Sequence record: MH285980
DNA length: 49,372 bases
DNA from: Escherichia phage Eco_BIFF
Direction: 5' to 3' (one strand)
Shown: positions 1 through 9,931 of the stretch, piece by piece
How the letters are laid out: the number at the start of each line of letters is the position of its first letter
Position numbering within the stretch: the first letter of the stretch is position 1
Program-made: the position numbers and the translations under genes
The notes under the pieces: generated by a model
Database searches by the model: none
What the model was told of the DNA's origin: nothing
What the model saw: only the letters and a program-made list of their open reading frames with translations

Positions 1-1271
1 CCGACAGCTTAGTTAAGCGCAACAGTAAGCGCGTCCGTGAGATTATCAGCAGCAACGAATTTCAAGAGCTATGGCCCTGCAAATTTGGCACATCGAAAGA
101 CGAAGAGATGCAGGTTCTTAACGAAGACGGAAAGGTTTGGTTTGAGCTAATCTCCGCAGCGGCTGGTGGTCGTATTACTGGTTCGCGTGGTGGCTACATG
201 ACTCCGGGATTCTCCGGCATGGTAATGCTCGACGATATCGACAAGCCTGATGATATGTTCTCAAAGGTTAAGCGTGAGCGTACGCACATGCTATTGAAAA
301 ACACCATTCGATCCCGTCGTATGCATAACGAGACGCCTATTATTGCAATTCAGCAACGACTACATGCTCAGGATTCAACATGGTTCATGATGAATGGCGG
401 CATGGGTATCGAGTTCGACCAAATATCAATCCCGGCGCTTGTTACTGAAGAATACGGAAAGACGCTTCCTGACTGGTTGCAGCCTTACTTTGAGCGAGAC
501 GTTTTGTCGTCTGAGTATGTTGAATTGGACGGTGTTAAGCATTATTCCTTTTGGCCCAGCAAGGAAAGTGTGCACGACCTGCTAGCTTTACGAGAAGCAG
601 ATCAGTATACCTTTGATTCTCAGTATCAGCAGAAGCCGATCGCGCTGGGTGGCTCCGTGTTTAACTCAGAGTGGTGGACTTATTACGGCAACAGCCTTGA
701 CGCTGATGAGCCAGATCCTGGTAAATATGATTACCGATTCATCACTGCCGATACCGCTCAGAAGACAGGCGAGCTAAACGACTACACGGTATTTTGTTTG
801 TGGGGCAAGAAGAATGATAAGGTTTACTTTATCGACGGCATTCGCGGTAAGTGGGAAGCGCCGGATATGGAGAGGCAATTTACAGCTTTCGTCAATCAGG
901 CATGGAGGCACAATAAATCAATGGGGGTACTTCGTAAAATCTATGTGGAAGATAAGGCGAGCGGTACGGGCTTAATCCAGAACCTAAGGAAAAAGACTCC
1001 GATATCCATCACTCCATTGCAGCGTAACAAAGATAAAGTTACCCGAGCTATGGATGCTCAGCCAGTTATTAAAGCCGGGCGTGTGGTTCTGCCAGAAGAG
1101 CACCCTATGCTTGCTGAAATTATCGCTGAGCACAGCGCCTTTACTTACGATGACACCCATCCGCATGATGATATCGTCGATAACTTCATGGATGCGGCGA
1201 ACATAGAATTGCTGACCATTGATGATCCTATCGAGAGAATGAAGCGACTCGCCGGGATGGTTAAGCGGTAA
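1..1271 (+). CDS. terminase large subunit, C-terminal part (5' end lies at 49081..49372 across the window junction)
   Basis: Frame open from base 3 with no stop until 1271; in-frame continuation of the 49081..49372 ORF; sits directly before the portal gene. Confidence 0.8.
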   Translation, partial: DSLVKRNSKRVREIISSNEFQELWPCKFGTSKDEEMQVLNEDGKVWFELISAAAGGRITGSRGGYMTPGFSGMVMLDDIDKPDDMFSKVKRERTHMLLKNTIRSRRMHNETPIIAIQQRLHAQDSTWFMMNGGMGIEFDQISIPALVTEEYGKTLPDWLQPYFERDVLSSEYVELDGVKHYSFWPSKESVHDLLALREADQYTFDSQYQQKPIALGGSVFNSEWWTYYGNSLDADEPDPGKYDYRFITADTAQKTGELNDYTVFCLWGKKNDKVYFIDGIRGKWEAPDMERQFTAFVNQAWRHNKSMGVLRKIYVEDKASGTGLIQNLRKKTPISITPLQRNKDKVTRAMDAQPVIKAGRVVLPEEHPMLAEIIAEHSAFTYDDTHPHDDIVDNFMDAANIELLTIDDPIERMKRLAGMVKR

Positions 1272-1288
1272 TAAATGAGATATAATCA

Positions 1289-1316
1289 GGGCTGTCAATT
1301 GACGGCCCTTTTTATT
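1289..1316 (+). terminator. intrinsic terminator-like hairpin after terminase large
   Basis: GGGCTGTCAATTGACGGCCC hairpin then TTTTTATT. Confidence 0.45.
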
Positions 1317-1325
1317 GGAGGAAAC

Positions 1326-2609
1326 ATGAAAATTGTTAAGCATGATGGATATAACGATATTTTTAACGGCGGTGCAGACGGATCGCCTAAGCCATTCTTT
1401 ATGTCTGATGCATCATATCACGTCGGATCTTTCTACAACGACAACGCAACCGCGAAGCGAATTGTGGATGTTATCCCGGAAGAGATGGTGACGGCTGGAT
1501 TTAAAATATCAGGCGTCAAGGATGAAAAAGAGTTCAAGTCTCTGTGGGATAGTTACAAAATTGATTCTAGCTTGGTTGACGTTCTTTGCTGGTCGAGACT
1601 ATACGGTGGGGCTGCTATTGTGGCAATCATCAAAGACAACAGAATGCTAACCAGCCCCGTTAAACCTGGAGCTAAACTTGAGGGCGTGCGTGTTTACGAT
1701 CGATTTGCAATCACCGTTGAAAAGAGAGTAACCAATGCTCGATCGCCTCGCTATGGTGAGCCTGAGATATACAATGTATCTCCTGGCGATAATCTTCAAC
1801 CTTACTTAATCCACCACACAAGAATTTTTATTGCTGATGGTGAGCGAGTAACCCCTCAGATTCGCAAACAGAATCAAGGATGGGGAGCGTCGGTATTGAA
1901 CAAATCACTGATTGATGCAATCTGTGACTATGATTACTGTGAATCTCTGGCCACTCAGATCTTGCGACGTAAGCAACAGGCTGTATGGAAGGTCAAAGGT
2001 CTTGCCGAAATGTGTGATGATGATGATGCTCAGTATGCCGCGCGCCTGCGACTTGCTCAGGTTGATGATAACTCCGGCGTAGGTCGTGCGATCGGTATCG
2101 ATGCTGAGACTGAGGAATATGACGTTCTCAACTCTGATATCAGCGGAGTTCCTGAGTTCTTATCAAGCAAGATGGACCGCATTGTCTCCCTATCCGGGAT
2201 TCATGAGATTATCATCAAGAATAAGAACGTAGGCGGCGTATCAGCGAGCCAAAACACAGCGCTTGAGACTTTCTATAAGCTAGTCGATCGCAAGCGCGAG
2301 GAAGATTACAGGCCACTTCTTGAGTTCTTGTTGCCGTTCATTGTTGATGAGGAGGAGTGGTCGATCGAGTTTGAGCCTTTGTCTGTTCCTAGTAAGAAAG
2401 AGGAATCAGAGATCACGAAGAATAACGTTGAGTCAGTCACGAAGGCTATCACTGAGCAAATCATCGATCTGGAAGAAGCTCGAGACACGCTGCGATCCAT
2501 TGCCCCTGAGTTCAAACTCAAGGATGGTAATAACATCAACATTCGCGAACCGGAAGAAACAACCGAACCGGAACCGGGATTAGGGGAGAAGTTAGAAGAT
2601 GAAAATTAA
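1326..2609 (+). CDS. portal protein
   Basis: 428-aa ORF after terminase; RBS TTGGAG before ATG 1326 (track start 1275 lies inside a terminator-like hairpin); acidic C-terminus; call by size and position. Confidence 0.7.
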   Translation: MKIVKHDGYNDIFNGGADGSPKPFFMSDASYHVGSFYNDNATAKRIVDVIPEEMVTAGFKISGVKDEKEFKSLWDSYKIDSSLVDVLCWSRLYGGAAIVAIIKDNRMLTSPVKPGAKLEGVRVYDRFAITVEKRVTNARSPRYGEPEIYNVSPGDNLQPYLIHHTRIFIADGERVTPQIRKQNQGWGASVLNKSLIDAICDYDYCESLATQILRRKQQAVWKVKGLAEMCDDDDAQYAARLRLAQVDDNSGVGRAIGIDAETEEYDVLNSDISGVPEFLSSKMDRIVSLSGIHEIIIKNKNVGGVSASQNTALETFYKLVDRKREEDYRPLLEFLLPFIVDEEEWSIEFEPLSVPSKKEESEITKNNVESVTKAITEQIIDLEEARDTLRSIAPEFKLKDGNNINIREPEETTEPEPGLGEKLEDEN

Positions 2610-3360
2610 TGGCGTTGCAACACAGTGGCGCTATCCTGAAATGAGCGAGCGCGCAATGTCGCGCTCCCTACAGGATGTTGCAGCCAAACTAACTGAAAAA
2701 ATGAGTGACGAATTAAAGCCGATGAAATTTGATGCTAACGACGAAGAGATAGATCAGGCGGAAAGGTCATTGCTTGATTACGTTGAATCACTCATCGCTC
2801 CTATTATTGGTTCTCTATCATCCGTTGCGCTCACGATCTATAAATTCAACTCTAAGCAGTGGCTGCGGATCGCTCGCAATGCTGGAGGTAAGAAGAATCA
2901 GTCCGTAATGCTACTTGCCCTGATTGGTCCTACCGCTGCCGAAAGCTGGTACTCAGGACAATATAATCTGTGGCGATCGCAGGTGACTACTTCTATCAGG
3001 AAATTTGCCGCCAACATGGTTACTGATTTCACTGATAAACTTCGTGCAGCATCCGGTCAGGGTAAAAGCAAGGATTTTGTTGTTGAGCTTGCTAAGGAGC
3101 GATTTGGTATTTACCGTAATTGGGCCAAAAATAGAGCGTCAGGAATTGTCGGGACATGGAACAGTAGACTAATGCGCCAACGCATAAAAGATGCTGGTGT
3201 CTCTTACTATTTATGGCGCGGGGTGATGGATTTACGCGAACGTGAAAAACATGTAAGATGGGAAGGTAAGCGCATAGCGGTAGATTCCGATCACGTATTC
3301 CCGGGTGAGGAATACAATTGCCGCTGTTGGGCTGTTCCAGAATTTTCCACAGGAGATTAA
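2599..3360 (+). CDS. head morphogenesis / minor capsid protein (putative)
   Basis: 253-aa ORF overlapping portal stop; position between portal and scaffold; no motif verified. Confidence 0.45.
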   Translation: MKINGVATQWRYPEMSERAMSRSLQDVAAKLTEKMSDELKPMKFDANDEEIDQAERSLLDYVESLIAPIIGSLSSVALTIYKFNSKQWLRIARNAGGKKNQSVMLLALIGPTAAESWYSGQYNLWRSQVTTSIRKFAANMVTDFTDKLRAASGQGKSKDFVVELAKERFGIYRNWAKNRASGIVGTWNSRLMRQRIKDAGVSYYLWRGVMDLREREKHVRWEGKRIAVDSDHVFPGEEYNCRCWAVPEFSTGD

Positions 3361-3362
3361 AA

Positions 3363-4475
3363 ATGAAGGCAAAGCAAAGATTCGATTCAGTAAAAATCAA
3401 GGCGCACTTTGATGATAACGGTTTTTTAGTTGACCGCCCAATCGTGGCGCGAATCGGTGCTCAGGTTTACAAGACTCCGCACGGCGATCGCGTTGAGTTC
3501 CGTCCGGCGTCCGAAGTTTTCAAGCAAGACTCCTTGCAAAGTTTTGCGGGGAAGCCAATTACTGTTGGTCACGTAACGGTAACTCCGCAGAATGCTAAGG
3601 ACGTTGTTGTCGGATCGTGTGCTGGTGCTGGTATTGCTTCAGGGGTTGGCGTTGAAGTTCCTTTGAGTATTTACAGCGACTACGCGATCAGCAAAGCTAA
3701 AGCTAAGGAGGCCGGGGAATTATCTGTAGGGTACACGTCGGTAGATATTGATAAGCCAGGCTGGGGTTCAAACGAGACTGGAGAATATATCTTCGAAGAG
3801 GATATGAAACAGGACGAAGCGCCGCCTGAAGGTTGGGTGAAATTCGACGCGGTACAGACTAATATCAAGGTCAACCATATTGCCCTAGTTTTTAAAGGTC
3901 GTGCGGGAATTGCTAAATTAAATCTTGATGCCGAACAGGAGTTCCCGTATGATAATAACGTTCAATTAACTAACGAGGACAAGCAAATGAAAAAAATTAA
4001 GATCGACTCAGTTGATGTGGAAGTAACCGAAGACGTTGCGAACCATATCGAAAAATTAACCGCGCAGATTGCCACCATTCAGGGGAAAGCTGATGGCTTC
4101 GAAGCTGAGCGCGATGCGCTGAAGGTTAAGGTTGACTCCCTGCCGGAACTGGTTAAGGCCGAGGTAGAGAAGCAAAAAGCCGATGCCGCCGCACGCGCAG
4201 AAGTTACCGCAGTAGCAGAAACCGCAGGCGTCAAACATGATGGTCTTGATATCAAAGACGTCAAAATTGCTGTGGTTAAAGCCATGCTTGATAAAGATGT
4301 TAGTGAAAAATCAGACGCATATATCGACGCTATGTTTGATGTTGCTAAAGATTCTGATATCATGGCTATTCAGCGTAAAGCAGTAAAAGGCGACTCTATC
4401 GAAGGCGGTAAGCCGGAAGAGAAAAACGACACCGCTCCTGTTACGCCAAATTCACGTTTAAGCAAAGTAATGTAA
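3363..4475 (+). CDS. scaffolding / prohead assembly protein with coiled-coil region (putative)
   Basis: RBS CAGGAG before ATG 3363; long Ala/Lys/Glu-rich helical segment (AEVEKQKADAAARAEV); position before capsid genes. Confidence 0.5.
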   Translation: MKAKQRFDSVKIKAHFDDNGFLVDRPIVARIGAQVYKTPHGDRVEFRPASEVFKQDSLQSFAGKPITVGHVTVTPQNAKDVVVGSCAGAGIASGVGVEVPLSIYSDYAISKAKAKEAGELSVGYTSVDIDKPGWGSNETGEYIFEEDMKQDEAPPEGWVKFDAVQTNIKVNHIALVFKGRAGIAKLNLDAEQEFPYDNNVQLTNEDKQMKKIKIDSVDVEVTEDVANHIEKLTAQIATIQGKADGFEAERDALKVKVDSLPELVKAEVEKQKADAAARAEVTAVAETAGVKHDGLDIKDVKIAVVKAMLDKDVSEKSDAYIDAMFDVAKDSDIMAIQRKAVKGDSIEGGKPEEKNDTAPVTPNSRLSKVM

Positions 4476-4486
4476 GGGGAAATATC

Positions 4487-4963
4487 ATGGCACAGATTAA
4501 TGCATCTTATCAGCGAGATATGGCGATTGCGCTCCCGGGTATGGTTGCGGATACTTCAAAGTACAATATTGACGGCGCTTGCGTCGTTAATGAAGGTGAT
4601 GTTTTTGTTGGCGCTGCCGTACAGGTTGTTCAAGCTCAGGCGGTTGATGGTCATAAGTTGGTTAAGGCTCTTACTACCGGAACCACTCCTTATGGCGTGG
4701 CAATCCGATCTCACTGGCAGACTGTTAATGCTCAAAATCAGATGGTTTACGAAGATGGCGGCGCTATCAACGTGATGACTTCAGGCCGAGTATGGATGCT
4801 TTCCAAATCCACCGAAGCACCAACTTTCGGCTCTGCCGTTAAACTTGATGTTGATGGTCAAGAGAAATCTGATGGCACAATCGAAACAACCTGGACCTAC
4901 GCTGGCGGCTGGACTAAATACAAAGATATTCAGCTTGTAGAGGTTCAGTTGCATCAACTGTAA
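4487..4963 (+). CDS. capsid-associated (decoration-like) protein
   Basis: 158 aa; shares YNIDGACV...G(T/G)TPYG(V/I)A...GRVW core with the next ORF; followed by terminator 4979..5009. Confidence 0.4.
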   Translation: MAQINASYQRDMAIALPGMVADTSKYNIDGACVVNEGDVFVGAAVQVVQAQAVDGHKLVKALTTGTTPYGVAIRSHWQTVNAQNQMVYEDGGAINVMTSGRVWMLSKSTEAPTFGSAVKLDVDGQEKSDGTIETTWTYAGGWTKYKDIQLVEVQLHQL

Positions 4964-4978
4964 TTAGCATTTAATATA

Positions 4979-5009
4979 GGGACTATCCTTTTGGATAGTC
5001 CTTTTTTTT
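4979..5009 (+). terminator. intrinsic terminator
   Basis: GGGACTATCC-TTTT-GGATAGTCC then T8. Confidence 0.65.
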
Positions 5010-5023
5010 ATGGAGAAATTATT

Positions 5024-5791
5024 ATGGCTTACGAAAATTTGTTCTTGCGCCCCACATGTCCGGGAAATCTTTCTGATACTTCAACCTACAATATTGATGG
5101 AGCTTGTGTGGCTCAAGGTGACATTGAGTTCGGCTCAGCGGTTCAGGTTGTCGGCATCGTTGATGGTGTAAAAGTTGTTACGGCGCTTTCTGATGGTGGA
5201 ACTCCTTACGGTATCGCTTTCCGTTCCCAATATGAACACCTGAGCGGTAAAATCCTCGACGGTGAAGTGTGCAACGTCGTTTCTCACGGTCGCGTGTGGG
5301 CGCTTACTTCTCTTGATGAGGCTCCCAGCTTGTTCTCAAAGTTGCAGCTTGGATCTGGTGGAGTTGTTACTGGTGGATCTGGTTCCGCAGGATGGACCTT
5401 TGCTGGCGGCTTTGTTAAGCACGAGGACGGGTACGTCATTGAGGTTCAGGTGAAACAAAATGCTTTCATCGTTCCACCGCCTCCTCCCCCTGTCGTTCTT
5501 GTTGAGTCCGCTACAATCACCACTGACAAGGAAAGTCCTCAACCAAACAATGTTACGATCCAGTGTGTAGCTAATGCTCTTCCGGCTAATGCAACTGATA
5601 AGACTGGCAAATGGTCAATCGACGCTACCAATATCGCCACTGTCGATCCGGACTCAGGTCTTGTAACTCCTGTTGGTGGAGAGTCAGTCGGTGATTTCAA
5701 TATTACCTGGACGGCTAACGATGCCAGCAAGACGACGGCGACCATTGCTTATAGCGTAGAAGCAGTGCCAACGCCAGAGGTTGATGTATAA
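5024..5791 (+). CDS. paralogous capsid-associated protein with poly-Pro linker and C-terminal Ig-like domain
   Basis: N-terminal domain paralogous to 4487..4963; PPPPPP linker then beta-rich Thr/Ser/Asn domain; RBS TGGAGA before ATG 5024. Confidence 0.45.
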   Translation: MAYENLFLRPTCPGNLSDTSTYNIDGACVAQGDIEFGSAVQVVGIVDGVKVVTALSDGGTPYGIAFRSQYEHLSGKILDGEVCNVVSHGRVWALTSLDEAPSLFSKLQLGSGGVVTGGSGSAGWTFAGGFVKHEDGYVIEVQVKQNAFIVPPPPPPVVLVESATITTDKESPQPNNVTIQCVANALPANATDKTGKWSIDATNIATVDPDSGLVTPVGGESVGDFNITWTANDASKTTATIAYSVEAVPTPEVDV

Positions 5792-5808
5792 CATAAAAAC
5801 ACTTTGAC

Positions 5809-5828
5809 GCTTTAACAAAAAGTGCTAT
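5809..5828 (-). repeat. copy of the 20-bp element (inverted) between capsid-associated gene and major capsid gene
   Basis: Plus strand reads GCTTTAACAAAAAGTGCTAT, immediately before terminator 5836..5862; only a weak -10 (TATACA) at the cassette position. Confidence 0.4.
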
Positions 5829-5835
5829 TATTGAA

Positions 5836-5862
5836 GCCGTGAACATAATCACGGCTTTTTTA
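5836..5862 (+). terminator. intrinsic terminator
   Basis: GCCGTGA-acataa-TCACGGC then T6. Confidence 0.65.
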
Positions 5863-5882
5863 TTAACTACGGAGAAGTAATC

Positions 5883-6842
5883 ATGACTACTAAAAAATTT
5901 GATGAAGCAGATAAAAGCAATGTTGAAATGTATCTGATCCAGGCTGGCGTAAAACAGGATGCAGCCGCAACGATGGGTATCTGGACCGCTAAGGAACTAC
6001 ACCGCATCAAAAGCCAGTCCTATGAAGAAGACTACCCGGTAGGCTCCGCTCTACGCGTATTCCCGGTTACAACCGATCTATCTCCGACCGACAAGACGTT
6101 TGAATATATGACCTTTGATAAGGTTGGTACGGCTCAGATTATCGCTGACTACACCGATGACCTGCCGCTTGTTGATGCCCTGGGTACTTCTGAGTTTGGC
6201 AAGGTGTTCCGTCTGGGTAACGCGTATCTGATCTCAATCGACGAAATCAAAGCAGGTCAGGCAACTGGTCGCCCACTGTCAACCCGTAAGGCAAGTGCGT
6301 GCCAGTTGGCGCATGATCAGCTTGTTAACCGCCTGGTGTTCAAAGGTTCCGCGCCGCACAAGATTGTGTCCGTGTTCAATCATCCAAACATCACCAAAAT
6401 TACCTCCGGTAAGTGGATGGATGGCGCAACTCAGAAACCGGAAACGGCTGAAGCGGAATTGACTCAGGCGATCGAAACCATCGAGACGATTACTCGAGGC
6501 CAGCACCGAGCTACCAACATTCTGATCCCGCCGTCCATGCGTAAGGTGCTGGCGATTCGTATGCCTGAGACTACCATGTCTTATCTGGACTATTTCAAGT
6601 CTCAGAACTCCGGTATCGAAATCGACTCTATCGCAGAGCTTGAGGATATTGACGGCGCAGGCACTAAAGGCGTGCTGGTTTACGAAAAGAATCCGATGAA
6701 CATGTCCATCGAGATCCCGGAGGCATTTAACATGCTGCCAGCACAGCCGAAAGACCTGCACTTTAAAGTGCCTTGCACCTCTAAGTGTACTGGTCTTACA
6801 ATTTATCGCCCGATGACTATTGTCTTAATCACTGGCGTGTAA
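5883..6842 (+). CDS. major capsid protein (putative)
   Basis: 319-aa ORF with strong RBS (GGAGAAG), flanked by intrinsic terminators on both sides; call by position and size only. Confidence 0.55.
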   Translation: MTTKKFDEADKSNVEMYLIQAGVKQDAAATMGIWTAKELHRIKSQSYEEDYPVGSALRVFPVTTDLSPTDKTFEYMTFDKVGTAQIIADYTDDLPLVDALGTSEFGKVFRLGNAYLISIDEIKAGQATGRPLSTRKASACQLAHDQLVNRLVFKGSAPHKIVSVFNHPNITKITSGKWMDGATQKPETAEAELTQAIETIETITRGQHRATNILIPPSMRKVLAIRMPETTMSYLDYFKSQNSGIEIDSIAELEDIDGAGTKGVLVYEKNPMNMSIEIPEAFNMLPAQPKDLHFKVPCTSKCTGLTIYRPMTIVLITGV

Positions 6843-6849
6843 TATTATA

Positions 6850-6877
6850 GGGGCTAACTTAGTTAGTCCCTTTTTTA
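6850..6877 (+). terminator. intrinsic terminator after major capsid gene
   Basis: GGGGCTAAC...GTTAGTCCC then T6. Confidence 0.6.
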
Positions 6878-6891
6878 TTGGAGAAATCAAA

Positions 6892-7179
6892 ATGGCTAAA
6901 GAAAAAACTGTTGTTATCGTAAACGTTGGTGTAGCTCTTCAGATGTTCCGTCTTGAAGATGGTTCCTTTGCTAAAGTTCTTCCAGATGAAGAGGTCACGC
7001 TTCCGGCGTCCGTTCTTGATTTACCTGGCCTGCGTTGCTTAATTGCTCGCGAAGAAATCGAAGTTAAAGACGACAGTGCAACCAACCGCAAAATCCGCGC
7101 TGAAATGGCAAAGATCACGAAGCCAGATCCGTGGGATAGCAAAAGCGTTAAAGAGCTTGAGGACGGCGGCGAATATTAA
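6892..7179 (+). CDS. hypothetical virion protein
   Basis: 95-aa ORF with RBS GGAGAAA, between two terminators in the structural operon. Confidence 0.4.
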   Translation: MAKEKTVVIVNVGVALQMFRLEDGSFAKVLPDEEVTLPASVLDLPGLRCLIAREEIEVKDDSATNRKIRAEMAKITKPDPWDSKSVKELEDGGEY

Positions 7180-7185
7180 TCATCA

Positions 7186-7210
7186 AGGCGCTCATGTAGC
7201 GCCTTTTTTT
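7186..7210 (+). terminator. intrinsic terminator
   Basis: AGGCGCT-catgt-AGCGCCT then T7. Confidence 0.65.
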
Positions 7211-7223
7211 ATGGGGGTAAATT

Positions 7224-7634
7224 ATGAATCAAGAAACTTTAATTGCAGTTATTGAGCAAATGCGAAAGCTGGTTCCTGCACTTCGCAAGGTTCCAGACGA
7301 AACGCTTTATTCGTGGGTAGAAATGGCTGAGCTATTTGTATGCCAGAAGACCTTTAAAGATGCATACGTCAAGGCGCTTGCTCTTTATGCATTGCACCTT
7401 GCTTTCCTTGATGGGGCGCTAAAAGGTGAAGATGAGGATCTTGAATCGTACTCACGACGCGTTACGTCATTCTCCCTGAGCGGTGAATTTAGCCAGACTT
7501 TCGGAGAGGTGACGAAGAACCAGTCAGGAAACATGATGCTTTCGACGCCGTGGGGTAAGATGTTCGAACAGCTTAAGGCGCGACGACGTGGTCGATTCGC
7601 ATTAATGACAGGACACCGTGGAGGATGCCACTAA
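7224..7634 (+). CDS. head-tail connector/adaptor protein (putative)
   Basis: 136-aa ORF in head-tail joining region; position only. Confidence 0.35.
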   Translation: MNQETLIAVIEQMRKLVPALRKVPDETLYSWVEMAELFVCQKTFKDAYVKALALYALHLAFLDGALKGEDEDLESYSRRVTSFSLSGEFSQTFGEVTKNQSGNMMLSTPWGKMFEQLKARRRGRFALMTGHRGGCH

Positions 7635-8005
7635 TGAACTACTCACAGATTGAAAGGATGGCTCGCAAAGGCGTGGCTTTCTTCACCGATCCGTCAAGAC
7701 CTATGAACCTGATAAAACAAGGTGAATACGGATATGATGAAAACGGATTCGAGATCCCACCAATGGAAAAGGTTATTCCAATATCCGGCGCGACGCGAAG
7801 ACCGAACGCGCGTGAGATTGACGGGGAAACTATCCGCGCCTCAGATATTTTGGGGATCTTCAATAATGATCATGAAATAAACGAAGGTGACTATATAGAG
7901 ATTGATGGCGTTCGTCATGTTGTCGTTGACGCCCGTCCGGTTCAGGCGTCATTAGAGCCTGTCGCCTATCGTCCGGTATTGAGGAGGGTATCAGTCGGTG
8001 GCTAA
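7634..8005 (+). CDS. head-tail joining protein (putative)
   Basis: ATG 7634 overlaps upstream stop (TAATG) with GGAGGA 9 nt upstream; position only. Confidence 0.35.
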   Translation: MNYSQIERMARKGVAFFTDPSRPMNLIKQGEYGYDENGFEIPPMEKVIPISGATRRPNAREIDGETIRASDILGIFNNDHEINEGDYIEIDGVRHVVVDARPVQASLEPVAYRPVLRRVSVGG

Positions 8006-8441
8006 TTATCAGATTCGTAGATTTCAAGGTGAGATTGATGCTTGGATTAAGGCCGCTGAAAGCACGCTAGAGCACGCTATAGAGATATTCGTAAGGGATG
8101 TTCACGACGCTCTTGTTAGCCGCTCCCCTGTTGATACAGGTCGATTCAAGGGTAACTGGCAGATAACTTTTAACGAAATCCCTAACCACGCATTAAACCG
8201 ATACGATAAAACTGGCGGTGTCGTCAGAGGTGAGGAACAGGCAAAAACTTATGGCATGTTCAGCCGTGGCGGCGCGATAACATCCGTTCACTTTTCAAAC
8301 ATGTTGATTTATGCAAACGCTCTTGAGTACGGTCATTCACAGCAAGCACCGAGCGGCGTTGTCGGTCTTGTGGCGTTAAGGCTTAGATCATATATGGCTG
8401 ACGCAATCAAGCAGGCAAGGAGACAGCAAAATGCACTATGA
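7998..8441 (+). CDS. tail completion protein (putative), GTG start
   Basis: GTG start with GAGGAGG RBS; overlaps neighbours by a few nt; position only. Confidence 0.35.
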   Translation: MANYQIRRFQGEIDAWIKAAESTLEHAIEIFVRDVHDALVSRSPVDTGRFKGNWQITFNEIPNHALNRYDKTGGVVRGEEQAKTYGMFSRGGAITSVHFSNMLIYANALEYGHSQQAPSGVVGLVALRLRSYMADAIKQARRQQNAL

Positions 8442-8829
8442 GTTATCAGCGGCGGCGCGAGCCGCTTTTCTATCAAAGTACAGAGACTTTCCTCACTACA
8501 TGGAAAACAGAAATTTCACACCGCCGAAGGATGGCGGGATGTGGCTGAGGTTCAACTACATTGAAGGGGATACGCTTTATCTATCCATTGACAGAAAGTG
8601 TAAATCTTACATCGCAATCGTTCAGATCGGCGTAGTGTTCCCTCCAGGCTCCGGCGTTGACGAAGCAAGATTGAAAGCAAAAGAGATTGCTGATTTTTTC
8701 AAAGATGGTAAAATGCTTAACGTTGGTTATATTTTCGAGGGTGCAATCGTGCATCAAATTGTTAAACATGAAAGCGGGTGGATGATTCCGGTTCGCTTTA
8801 CAGTACGAGTAGACACAAAGGAGACTTAA
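8431..8829 (+). CDS. tail terminator protein (putative)
   Basis: 132-aa ORF immediately before major tail gene; position only. Confidence 0.35.
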   Translation: MHYELSAAARAAFLSKYRDFPHYMENRNFTPPKDGGMWLRFNYIEGDTLYLSIDRKCKSYIAIVQIGVVFPPGSGVDEARLKAKEIADFFKDGKMLNVGYIFEGAIVHQIVKHESGWMIPVRFTVRVDTKET

Positions 8830-8831
8830 TT

Positions 8832-9500
8832 ATGCACTTACCAAATGGCGCACAAATTTTCGTGGAAACCTCTCGTGGGGTGGAGGTTGAGGCAACCGCT
8901 ATCACTAACGCAGATAATCCTGTTGCTACAGTTGCATCTAAGGGAGACTTGGCGAAAGGTGATTACGTTATTGTAACTCAGTCAACTTGGGCAAAGATGG
9001 TTAGTCGAGTGCTAATTGTTACTGACGCTCAGGAAACAAGCATCACTCTTGCTGGAATTGACACCTCTGATACCCTTGTTTTCCCGGCTGGCGGTACGAT
9101 GAGCTTCTCAAAAATTACTGGATGGACTGAGATCCCTTGCGTACAGGAGATTGGTCAGGACGGCGGTGAGCAGCAGTATTACACTTATCAGTGTTTGTCC
9201 GACGATAAAGAGCAGCAGATCCCAACGTTTAAATCTGCGGTCTCGCTAACGTACACTTTCGCGCACGAATTTGATAACCCGATCTACCCTATTCTGCGTA
9301 AGCTGGATTCTTCTGGTCAGGTAACAGCGGTTCGAATGTACGTGCCGAAAGCGAGCGAAATGCGTATGTGGGCTGGCATTTTGTCGTTTAACGACATCCC
9401 ATCCACTCAGGTTAACGAAATGGAAACGGTGGAACTATCCGTATCCCTGAAAGGTGACTTTACTTTCATTTCCTCCACTCTGGCATCGCCTGGCGCTTAA
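8832..9500 (+). CDS. major tail tube protein (putative)
   Basis: RBS AAGGAGA before ATG 8832; followed by terminator 9512..9540; lambda V position before G/G-T. Confidence 0.55.
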   Translation: MHLPNGAQIFVETSRGVEVEATAITNADNPVATVASKGDLAKGDYVIVTQSTWAKMVSRVLIVTDAQETSITLAGIDTSDTLVFPAGGTMSFSKITGWTEIPCVQEIGQDGGEQQYYTYQCLSDDKEQQIPTFKSAVSLTYTFAHEFDNPIYPILRKLDSSGQVTAVRMYVPKASEMRMWAGILSFNDIPSTQVNEMETVELSVSLKGDFTFISSTLASPGA

Positions 9501-9511
9501 ATACCATCCAT

Positions 9512-9540
9512 AGGGGGCTTGCGCCCCCTTATTCATTTCT
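9512..9540 (+). terminator. intrinsic terminator after major tail gene
   Basis: GGGGGC-ttgc-GCCCCC then T-rich tract. Confidence 0.55.
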
Positions 9541-9572
9541 GTAAAATCATCCTATCAACTTTATTCGATTAA

Positions 9573-9592
9573 CTTTTAACAAAAAGTGCTAT
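9573..9592 (-). repeat. copy of the 20-bp element (inverted) abutting the RBS of the G-like chaperone gene
   Basis: Plus strand reads CTTTTAACAAAAAGTGCTAT directly followed by CAACCAATCAGGAG and ATG 9614. Confidence 0.4.
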
Positions 9593-9613
9593 CAACCAAT
9601 CAGGAGAAACATC

Positions 9614-9931
9614 ATGGCTAAATTCAATTTCGTGTTGGGCCAGCTTCCAGACTTCAAACTTCCGGTGACGTTCACCATGCCAAACGGCGAGGATGCGACT
9701 ATTATTTTTACAGTGCGCCACCTTTCCAGTAAAGAAGTGCAAGATATGTATGCGAAGCAGGGCGAAATGAATGATAGCGATTTCATCACTAAGATCGCGT
9801 CAGGCTGGAATCTGGAAGAAGAATTTAACGAAGAGAATGCGCGTAAACTGGTACAGTATTACCCTTCCGCAGCGTACAATCTGACAGCCACTTATATTAA
9901 GGCGCTCGCCGGACACCGCGCAAAAAACTAA
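9614..9931 (+). CDS. tail assembly chaperone (lambda G-like)
   Basis: 105-aa acidic ORF immediately before tape measure; ends just after slippery heptamer A_AAA_AAC. Confidence 0.7.
   Translation: MAKFNFVLGQLPDFKLPVTFTMPNGEDATIIFTVRHLSSKEVQDMYAKQGEMNDSDFITKIASGWNLEEEFNEENARKLVQYYPSAAYNLTATYIKALAGHRAKN

Noticed and set aside
984-1343. Antisense or overlapping track ORFs inside well-supported genes (e.g. 984..1343, 2306..2542, 3680..3874, 6279..6761, 10518..10778, 16512..16842, 27951..28208, 38625..39005, 40466..40956, 43457..43920)
   Set aside because: They lie opposite to or out of frame with long genes that carry RBSs and coherent operon structure, and lack RBSs of their own; they are most likely statistical ORFs.
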